This document shows, piece after piece, positions 1 through 11,546 of a stretch of 64,000 bases of DNA; within the stretch, counting starts at the first letter, position 1; the number at the start of each line of letters is the position of its first letter. A program made the translations under genes and the position numbers. Source of the stretch: the human T2T-CHM13v2.0 reference genome, Homo sapiens; NCBI RefSeq assembly GCF_009914755.1, contig NC_060925.1. One strand, 5' to 3'. Below the pieces are notes generated by a model. The model did no database searches and was not told where the DNA came from. It saw only the letters and a program-made list of their open reading frames with translations.

Positions 1-257
1 GAGACAATTTTTCCATGGAGTGGGGATGGTTTTGGGTTTAAAACTGTTATACCTCAGATCACCAGGCATTAGCTTCTCATAAGGAGTGCACAACCTGTGA
101 GAAACAGTTCACCATAGTGTCTATGCTCCTGTGAGAATCTAATGCCATTGCTGATCCTACAGGAGGTGGAGCTCAGGTGGTAATGCTCGCTCACCTGCTG
201 CTCACTACCTGCTTTGCTGCTCACTTCCTAACAGGCTACGGACCAGTACTGGGTCTT
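1..257 (+). mobile_element. MER1B (hAT-Charlie) fragment
   Basis: gacaatttttccatgga, cctcagatcaccaggcattag, gagaatctaatgcc, aggaggtggagctcagg and ttcctaacaggc..ggaccagtac resemble the MER1B consensus. Confidence 0.8.
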
Positions 258-956
258 TGGGACATAGGGAGAGAAGAACTTATTGAGGCAGGGTTTATAG
301 AGAGCCTCAACTTACAATATTGTCATTGCTAAATTAGAAGTGGATACAGGCATATCTAAAATATTGTACTTCATTAAAAAAGGTTTTTATGGTAGTAAAA
401 TACATATAAAGTTTGACATTTAAACTATTGTTTTGAGAGTACATTTCGTTGACATTAAGTATATTCATGTTGTATAACCATTACCACAATTAAAATTTTT
501 CTAAGAGGTGAGTTATGCACTTAAATCATTTCAGCATCCCACAGTTGTCTTAAACGTTACCAGAGAAGAAAATTTGCTTACGTATTTATTGTACAATTAT
601 AAACTCACATAGATAAAACATAAAAATTAAGCTTTGAATAGTTTGAACAAGCTACCTAGGGGAGAATCATTCTTCCCTAGTTGTTAGAAGTTTATAACTT
701 CAGATAACTTTTTATCTGAAGTTAAGTTAATGCTAATCTTCAAAGTACTGAATCATATTAATTCAACAATTACTTCTTATCTATTTCTATCTGTATTGTA
801 CCATTCTGAATCATAGTATGGGTAAGCCATGAGTAACTAAAATGCATGGTTTTTGTAACCTTTACCTTAATCATTTTATGAAATAGTAGGAATGTTTTTC
901 AGAGCCGTCTGTTTAAATGTTCGTATGATTATCTGCACTTTTCTTTTCATCTTCAG

Positions 957-1070
957 ATTATGACTGTACCCAATGACCCTTACACTTTTCTCTCTTGTGG
1001 TGAAGATGGAACTGTTAGGTGGTTTGATACACGCATCAAAACTAGCTGCACAAAAGAAGATTGTAAAGAT
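957..1070 (+). CDS. DCAF6: DCAF6 exon (~5), WD40 repeat: [38 protein letters not shown]
   Basis: ttttcatcttcag| acceptor, |gtaaga donor, 114 nt, phase 0-0; WD40 strand pattern ending FDTR (DxR). Confidence 0.96.
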
Positions 1071-1087
1071 GTAAGAATTAAATTTTT

Positions 1088-1165
1088 ATACAAATGATGC
1101 AGAAAAAATTAAGGTTATAATTAAAATTGGTTATAATTAAAGTTATAATTAAGGTTATAATTAAA
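1088..1165. repeat. Degenerate tandem repeat of (G)GTTATAATTAA, 4 copies
   Basis: Read directly just downstream of the exon 5 donor. Confidence 0.8.
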
Positions 1166-1632
1166 AGTAAGTTATGTGGATGGTAAGATTATGGGTGAAT
1201 TTTTAAATTTTTGTTTTGCTAAAATATTTAATAAGCATATAGTTTATAATCAGAAATTGAAAAATGTAAAATGTTAATATTGAAGTTGGAGAACTTATAT
1301 TTTAATTGTACATTTAAAATATATTTATGAAAATTCAAATAATTTGTTCAGTATATACTGTCTAATATAAAAACCTGAAGAATTTATATAAATGTATCTC
1401 ATTTACTCATGGAAACAGCTTTGACTTATCAAATAGCAGTTATAAAAGCTTGTGGTAGTTGTCTTTTTTTCTCCTGTCTTTTAAACCAATAATTACATGT
1501 TATCTTTTTTAAAAAGAAATAATAAGATAGCATGCTATCAACATGTTTGTTCAAATTTAGCCCACTTTCCTAAAGATAATATCTCTACTATCAGTTTCTT
1601 ATGCTTTAATACAATTAAATTAATTAATTAAT

Positions 1633-1927
<295 letters not shown>

Positions 1928-2260
1928 TTTTAATACTATTTTAAACTTACAAAAGGCCTGAGAAATCATTCAGTCTTTTGACCCCAGACAAGTAATTCCA
2001 AGTGATTTTTCCTGACATACATTATTAAGAGCACAGTAGTTTTTCCTTGGATCATTTTGAAGTAGTAAATGAAATAAGAAAGTACTATTCAAAATATGTT
2101 TTTACTGAAAGTTACAAAAAAAAAAGGTACTACTGTTAATCAGGTTAAGTGCTTGCTAACTAAACCAGTTACCAACTGGTTAACATGCTTTAGGGGAAAA
2201 AGATTATTTTATATATTTGAAACAGAAATAAAACAAAAAGTAGAAATTGAAAAACCTTTA

Positions 2261-2583
<323 letters not shown>

Positions 2584-3062
2584 TTAATCAGTTTTTTTGT
2601 TACGTATTTGTATATACACAGATATGCAAATAGGGAAGCATTGAACTAAACTCAGAAATAAGCTTAAATATCACGTTATTAGGGTTGTTTGATATACCTG
2701 TTCCTTAGAGTAAGTGGTGGGTACTAAATTTTGTTATTGCAAACTCTCTTAAACTATTTTAGTGTTTCAGTGTAGTAAGATTTAGTTGTGTTTTTCTAAA
2801 CAAAACCCCCAGGAAAATAAGAAAACAAATCTGATAAGACGTGAAAGTAGTCTTTCCTTAGTAAAACTTTTCCTTTATGTATAAAAGTGAAATGAAGCAG
2901 AGAGTATAAAGAAAAACTGGTAACTAGAGTAATCCTTAACTACTAAAAACTTAGAATTATGAAAGGCATTTGGTTAATGAATTCTATGTAATGAGAGTAA
3001 TGTTCTGAGATTAGTAATTGAACAAAGTATAAGGTTAAATTGACTTAAAAACATTACTGAGG

Positions 3063-3337
3063 GGCCGGGCGCGGTGGCTCACGCCTGTAATCCCAGCACT
3101 TTGGGAGGCTGAGGCGGGCAGATCACCTGAGGTTAGGAGTTCGAGACCAGCCTGACCAATGTGGAGAAACCCCATCTCTACTAAAAATACAAAATAGCCA
3201 GGCGTGGTGGCACATGCCTGTAATCCCAGCTACTCTGGAGGCTGAGGCTGGAGAATCTCTTGAACCCAGGAGGTGGAGGTTGCACTGCACTCCAACCTGG
3301 CGACAGAGCAAAATTCTATCTCAAAAAAAAAAAAAAA
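3063..3337 (+). mobile_element. Alu (AluSp-like) with ~19-nt right-arm deletion
   Basis: cctgaccaatgtggagaaacccc diagnostic; ggttgca^ctgcac junction; TSD attactga. Confidence 0.9.
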
Positions 3338-3629
3338 TTACTGAGAAGAATGAGGAGTGAGAGTCATTAGACAAAGCAGTATGGAATCAACAGAGTACCT
3401 TCAGGATATGTTTGGGGTACTAGCTCTTACATTTTCTAATTCTTCTACAGAGATAAGTAATAACATTATAGTAAGACCTGTCTTTTGCAGGGTTTGTATT
3501 TATATGTGTACTTTATTTTTGAGCTGGTTAAGGAGAAAGGTTTTATAAGTAAAAAGTATAAAATATAGAAGTCAGTTAATTTTTTGTTATATTTTAATAG
3601 CAGTGATTACAATTAAAATATTATGAATA

Positions 3630-3839
3630 AGCCTAGGCAACATAGTGAGACCCTATTTGTACAAAATTTTTTTTAAAAAATTAGCCTGGTATGGTGGTGT
3701 GCACCTGTAGTCCTAGCCACTTGAGAGGCTGAGACAGGAGGATCACCTGACCTCAAGAGTTTGAGGTTACAATGAGCTGTGATCACACCACTGTAAGCCT
3801 GGGCAACAGAGCAAGACATATCTCAAAAAGAAAAAAAAA
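3630..3839 (+). mobile_element. 5'-truncated Alu (AluJ-like)
   Basis: Starts agcctaggcaacatagtgagaccc; right arm and A tail; flanking tatgaata duplication. Confidence 0.85.
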
Positions 3840-4665
3840 TATGAATACTATATAAATAATCAATAGTTATAGACAGTATGAGAGATTTGTCATAGGTAGA
3901 TTATAACTCCATCTTTGCTGTCAAGTGGACCAATAATAGCAGGCATTTCTAATGGTACTAATGACTTAGTGATACATTATATAGGTAATTTTGAATTTTT
4001 TACATTTCTAAAGATGTTCATTATTCATGAGTATGGGAATATTTAACAGGCATTTTTGAGAAATAATTCAAATTGTATTATAACATTGTATGAAATGTAG
4101 CTAGTTTAGAAAGAGTTTTAATTGTCACATAAATATGAGTTTCTTGGATTATTACCATCTTTTTGTAGCTGGCGCTGTTCTAGTATAATTACTCAGTATT
4201 TTCAGTCTTATATTTGAAAGTAATTTTTATTTTTTCCTTTTTAGAATGTATTTAATTGCTCAAATACTGATCATTTTAAAAATCTGTATTTTAATTAAGT
4301 TTAGTATTTTCATATTTTTTCTTACTTTAATTGGTTTATAAGGAAAGTCTACAATATTGTGGTAGAAATCAATCAATTTTGGAGTTGTATGGCCAACTAT
4401 AAAGAAAAGAGTATCTTCCTTAGAAATATTGATTGAGTATATTTATTTTGATTTCACATAGGCTGAATGTATTAGAAATATTTCTAGTAGAAATCCGAAA
4501 AAAAAGTTAAAAGAAAGCCGTATTGTTTTTCCGCTCATTGTCATTCTTGACTGAATTAGGAGTTCTGAGAATGGTTATTCTAATTACTAATGAGAAAATA
4601 TTTTAAATATAATTTCACCTCTGCTGTATAACTATATGTAATTGGTATTATGTTATGTTTTGTAG

Positions 4666-4827
<162 letters not shown>

Positions 4828-5010
4828 TAGGACTGTCAGTTCAAAGAGTAAATCTCTATGACATTTTCAGTTTTAAAATTTCTTGTTTGTTATAAAATTT
4901 CAGAAAATAGTATTTGTTTAATATGGATTATTATAAAAAATAACATTTCACCAAGTGTTTATGACCCTTTGGGATGATACTTTTGCAGTTTAAAAAGTTG
5001 TAACATTTGA

Positions 5011-5455
5011 TGTATTAGTTTGGCAGGACTGCCATAACAAATGACCACAAACTGGGTATCTTAAAGCAACAGAAATTTATTCTCTTAAATTTCTGGAGGC
5101 TCAGTGTCTGAAATCAGGATGTCTTATGATTGGTTTCTACTGGAAGCTCTGTTCGATGCCTTCTCCCCTAGCTCATGGTGGTTGCTGCCAATCCTTGGCA
5201 TCCCCTTGGTATAGATGAATCACTCTTAATCTCTGCCACTCTCTTTACATGCAATTTTCCCTGTGTGTGTCTGCGTTTACATTTTCCTCTTAGGGCACTA
5301 GTCATACTGGATTTGGGCCCACCCCTAATCCAGTTAGGGTGAGGTGGGCCCTGGATTAGGTGGGCCCTAATCCAGTATGACCTCACTGTAACTAACTACA
5401 TCTGTAAAGGTCACATTCTGAGGTTCTGTGTAGACATGAATTTTGGGGAGACTCT
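5011..5455 (-). mobile_element. MLT1 (ERVL-MaLR) solo LTR, MLT1C/D-like
   Basis: tgtattagttt, ctgccataacaaatgaccacaaactggg, ttaaagcaacagaaatttattctc, ctggaggc and aaggtcacattctgaggt. Confidence 0.85.
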
Positions 5456-5711
5456 GCTATTTTTCAATCAAGAAAACAATGGTAAATGTGGTAGTAAGAA
5501 AATTTAAAACAGTGACTTGGGTATGTATTAATGTGTAGCATATATTTATTCCTGCTTACCTTAAAGTGCTGTTAATAATGCTGAGTACTGAATTTGAATC
5601 TAATATAAACTAATGCTCTTTCCCTTCACTCACTATAGGATCAAAGTACTTCCAAAATAAACAATTAGAAGTCAACTTCCATTCACATTTTTTCAGTAAA
5701 GGAAGGCCAGG

Positions 5712-5714
<3 letters not shown>

Positions 5715-5749
<35 letters not shown>

Positions 5750-5750
5750 C
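5715..5750. repeat. (CA)n microsatellite
   Basis: About 15 CA units seen directly. Confidence 0.95.
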
Positions 5751-6668
5751 CGAATGCACATTCATATATTCACATATTTTATATTGTTAAAAATAAAGGT
5801 GGACTTGGGCAGAAACCAACAATGTCAGTAAAGATGGACATAGATTATTGAGATGGGAATACCAGATGAGATCTTTCTTTTCGGAACTGTGATAGCTTTT
5901 ATTTATATTGCTACATTAAGTCACATATCTAATAATAATTGAGGAGTCCAGTCTATTTGGATATGTACATTTAGGGGAAACAGTAATATAATATGAAATA
6001 ATAGGCTTAATTATTGTTTCTCAACAGGTGGACACAATTGACATTTTGAGCATGATAAGACTTCATTTTGCAAGGTTATACAGCTTTGTGGGATTCTTAG
6101 AATTTAGCATTCCTGGGCCCCCAGGGCACAAAGTGCCAGTTGTACACCTATCTGTCATATTGCATTGAAGACTACCAGAGTTAATTAAAATTGGAATAGT
6201 ATTCTTAACTCTGTACTATATAACAGGCAAATTTCATGGCAATCAGAAATTTTTTTAAAAAGTAAAAGTTGTATCATCTTAAGGATATTGCATACGTTGC
6301 ATACTAATGTATGTAGTATGCTAATAAGTATTAGCTTTTTGTAAAAATTTGTTATCTTAATTTGGGGGGAACTTTTGGAAGATGACTTCGTGTGATTGTA
6401 TTTATAAATCATTTTCCTTGATTAACTCATTTCAACAAAGCATACGTAATCTGGAATTCTAGACAATCATGAATTTTTTTGGTAGAGGTGTTACCTTTAT
6501 ACCATATTCTTTTTTGTTTTGTTACAAAATCTGACTGCAGAGGAAGAACCTCTACTGGAAATAAACGTGATGGCTTTTATTTGTATTGCTACATTAAGTC
6601 ACATGTAATAATTCAGATTAAGAGTTTTAAAAAATGTTTTTCTTTAAAACATTATTAATTTTAAATAA

Positions 6669-7261
<593 letters not shown>

Positions 7262-7387
7262 TCAATTCAGAAAACAATTCAGTGACTCTTGGGGCCTAAA
7301 GGCCAAAAAAAAAAATTAATTTTCAAGGCACTTACAGTTCAGAAAACAAAAAACATGAGACATACTTGAAAGAATAGAAGCTAATAA

Positions 7388-7610
7388 ATTACTATCAGTT
7401 ATTACTAATTATAATTAGCAATTAGTTACTAATTACTAATAGTTACTAATTACTAATTATAGTTAGTAATTAGTTACTAATAATTTGTAATTATAATTAG
7501 TAATGACAAAAATAGTATTTTTGTAATTTGTGTTATAATTAATAGTAAATAATTACTAGCGTCTATTCTTAATAATGTATTAGTAATAATAAATCACTAA
7601 TTTATTATTG
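7388..7610. repeat. AT-rich low-complexity tract built from TTACTAAT/ATTAGT units in both orientations
   Basis: Seen directly. Confidence 0.75.
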
Positions 7611-8859
7611 GTATTCTAAATACTATTTCTAAAACCTTATCCCTAACAGTGAATTATTAGGGATAAGGCTTTAGAAAAAAATATTTTAAATTATTTTTAA
7701 GGAGAATATACTTGATAGCAAAATGTTTATCTTAACTTTGTAGATGTACAGCAGCAGCAAGAAAGATCAACAGTGCTAACACTTGCAGAAAAGGCGATTA
7801 AAATAATAGAAAATATGATGATAAATTTCCAAGAGACTAAATGTGTATGTCCATGGATCAATAGAAGTTTTACGTATTACCATTTACTCTTCATATATGG
7901 ACAGCAATCCCTTTCTGTCCCAATTGTGCCTCTTTCACAGTTACATACTAGTGATTTATAACAGTAACCTTAGGTATATTTTACAAAATAAATATAAGTG
8001 GGAAAAAGATAAGTTAAAGTAGTTGTATATATTGAAAAGTAGGTGAATGAATTACTTTCACAAGACTACTAGAAGATAATGAATTTATTATTTATAAAAG
8101 GGGAAAAGTAGAAATAAGGTATCTTTGACAGTACACAGCTGTAGAAAAATGTTTGCTTTAACCTGTTTAAGCTTCTTTCCTCAACATGTTTTTCACTTTG
8201 GCTTTTTTATTTTATAATGTCCTGTGTTATTCACTTTGAACTTTGGCTTGTAAAAGTCTTTTGAAATTAACCATTGATTTTTATTTTCAGTGACCTTTTG
8301 GTATTGGCTCAATGCCTATTAATACGTTTTAAAGGTTACTAATAACAGTGATTTTGGAATTCCTACGAGATACAAAACTATATTCATTCCTCATAATTTC
8401 AGGTGTAGAGGGCTGTAAAATTAGAAATCAGGATTACTTTATAAATATACTTTGAGATTTTTATCCTTGCAGTGTATTTATTTGAATTAGGAAATTGATG
8501 AAGAAGGGTATGATGGCTAATAAAATGATTTTTGAGTTTATTCTGGTTAAAAACATGAAATCTGCTCTGTCATTTTGTTACTGCTATGCAAATTTCCCCT
8601 TGAAATACATGGGTAAGTAAAGTTATAGTCAAACTGTGATTGTTACATAATGAAAGAGTTGGAAGTCCATAGACATTTTAAGTGGGCCAACTAGTTTTGA
8701 TACCATGGAATACTTAGCCAAAAGATATTTATATAATCAGAGTGAATGAGGCTGAGTCATGAACATTTTTTTTTCTGGGAGACTTTTCCTTGGTCTTGTT
8801 TGTTGCATTAACTAAATTAAGAAAAACAATGCTGAAAGTGGATTTAAATTATGCTTGTT

Positions 8860-9158
8860 GGCCGGGCGTAGTGGCTTACGCCTGTAATCCTAGCACTTTG
8901 GGAGGTCGAGGCGAGTGGATCACCTGAGGTCAGGAGTTCAAGACCAACCTGGCCAACATGGTGAAACCCTTTCTCTACTGAAAATACAAAAATTAGCTGG
9001 GCTTGGTGGCAGGCGCCTGTAATCCCAGCTACTTGGGAGGTTGAGGCAGGAGAATTGCTTGAACCCAAGAGAAGGAGGTTGCATGAGCCGAGATCACGCC
9101 ATTGCACTCCAGCCTGGGTGACAAGAGCAAAACTCAGTCTCAGAAAAAAAAAAAAAAA
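8860..9158 (+). mobile_element. Alu (AluSx/Sq-like)
   Basis: Full dimer with A tail. Confidence 0.92.
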
Positions 9159-9839
9159 GCTTATTATAACAAACCAAACAATTCAGAGGTATACATAGAA
9201 TAAATTAATAATCTGTCTTATTTGTAATTCTGACACATTTTGGTGTTTTATACTGAAACTTTGATGATAGTATTCAGACAAACTTAACTCACCAAATATT
9301 TATTGGGTGCCTACTATACACCAAGTCCTCTACTTAACTTTGGAAAATGAAGGATGACCAGACAAAGACATGATCTCTTACTTAAGGAATTCACAGCTTA
9401 GTGGAAGTAGAGGTACAAGTAAATAAATATGTAAAACTTAATATAGAATTATGTATAAGGACTATGTTCTGTATAAGTAGAACAAAGTAGGGAATAATTA
9501 ATCTTGAGTAAAGCCTGAGGAAGGTTTTAAAGCATGAGTAAAAGTTTGTTGTATGATTTTGTCTTATGTTTCCATAATATTTTTGTATTTTCTCAATTTG
9601 TGGAGGCCTTTCTATTTCCTTACCGCCTCTAATAATTTCTTTCATTTTTTTCCCCCTTCTTTCTTTGGTTCATTCTTTTGTCTTAATTTTTTTTGTACTT
9701 TCTGTTTTCCCTTATTTTTCTATCCTTTTTTCTTTTTATCATCTCTCTTTTCTTCTTTTTGACAGTTTACCACCTGCCCTACCCCATTATTGGGCTTCTT
9801 TGTTGAATTCATTCTTTCATTTTCTTCTGGTCCCCATAG

Positions 9840-10595
9840 CTTGTGCCTAAAAATATACTCCAGATCTGACTACTGCTTACCACCACCCTTGCTGCATTAC
9901 CACCCTGATCCGAGCTATCAGCATCTCTGGCATGACCTATCCCCCTTTGTAGTTGATTTTGCTAGCTTTCTAACCAGTCTTCCTGCTTTCACTTCCTACA
10001 GCCCTATAGCTATACAGCATTCAAAGTGATCCTTAGAAACATAAGTTAAATCATGCCGCTCTTCTCATCAACATTCTAAGTGGCTCCCTGTCGGACCTAA
10101 AGCAAAACTGAAGTCCTTATGGTGGCTTCAAGATCTTATATTATCTGGTCCTAATTATTACTTCTACTGTTTTCTTCTTTACTGTGCTCTAACCACATCT
10201 ACTTGCTTAGTAACTCAGGCCAAGCATGACTCTATTTTAGGATTTTGCATTTACTCTGCCTGAAATGCTCTTCCCTGGATACCTGGATTTTTTCTTCCCT
10301 GTGTATTTCAGGTCTTTGCTTATGTAACCTTCTTGGTGAAGCCCTACTTCACCATCCTATTTAAAATCACGGCCTTTAACTGATACTACCTATCCCCTTT
10401 TCTACTTTATTTCTCTCCATAACAGTAACTTTCTATGTATATTTTGCTTTTTCATTTCATGTGTTGTTTGCTCCATCGGGCTGTAAATTCTGTGACATTG
10501 GGGATTTTTTGTGTGTTTTGTCCATTGTTGTTTTCCAATACCTGTAATAGTACCTGACATATAAAAGGTGCTCAAAAAATATTTGGTGAATGAAA
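9840..10595 (+). mobile_element. L2 (L2a-like) 3' fragment
   Basis: tgcctgaaatgctcttccc, ttttgtccattgttg, cctgacatataaaaggtgctcaaaaaatatttggtgaatgaa (L2 3' terminus). Confidence 0.7.
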
Positions 10596-11149
10596 CGCCA
10601 TTTTCAGTATTCTTGCCTAGGTTATTTCACATACTCAGAAAGTCAAATTTGAGATTGTTTTTAATTTGAAGATTTTATTCTATAAATAATTGCTGAGGTT
10701 GTAAAACCAGTTCTTTGGCTATGTAATATAAAAATTCCTCTCTGTTGAAACCATGAAGCAAGATTCTATTATATTGTTTTAAGAATAGTTCGTATGAAGG
10801 ATGAAGCCCTCTCCTTTTGGGAGTGATTAGTTGTTTGAGAATTTGCACAGCTGCCACATTAAGCTTTGTTCTGGTTATTCCCTGTCACACACTTACGTCT
10901 TCCTGTGTAGATTTTACTATTCTCAGTTGCCTTTAGCCATACTTACACATAATATGGAATTTATGGGGATTTTTTTTTCTGTCTCCTTTGCTCAGGATGC
11001 AAAGATTTTTTTCTATTCATGTTACTAGGTATGGTTTCCAGAAGAAATCAGAAAATTCACTGTTAAGTGTCACCAAGTTTTTATCAAAACCTGTTTAATT
11101 TTCAGGAAAAAAAAATCAATGAATGCTGTTTTTAAAAAATAAATAAAAA

Positions 11150-11546
11150 TAAAAAGAGTGACCCACAGGATGGGAGAAAATGTTTTGCAGATCATGTGTC
11201 TGGTTACAGTTTAGTATCCAGAATGTATAAGGAACACTTACAGTGCAACAATAAAAAGACAAATATCCAAACTTAAAAATAGGTAAAGGATTTGAATATA
11301 TAATACTTTTTTTTCCCCAGAGAAGACATATAATAGAAATGGCAATAAGTACATAAGGAGATACTCAACGTTATTAGTCCTCAGGGAAATGCAGATCACA
11401 ACCACAGTGAGATATCACTTCATACCCACTAGGATGACTAAAATAAAAAAGACAGACAATAACAAGTTTTGACAAACATGTAGAGAAATTGGAACCCTCA
11501 AAAAATTAGAGTTATTATATGAGCCATACTTCTCCTCCCAGATATA
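11150..11546 (+). mobile_element. Old L1 (L1M/L1MB-like) ORF2 3' part, left fragment interrupted by Tigger1
   Basis: acccacaggatgggagaaaat, ttagtatccagaatgtataaggaac and cagggaaatgcagatcacaaccacagtgagatatcacttcatacccactaggatg are typical L1 3' sequence. Confidence 0.85.
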
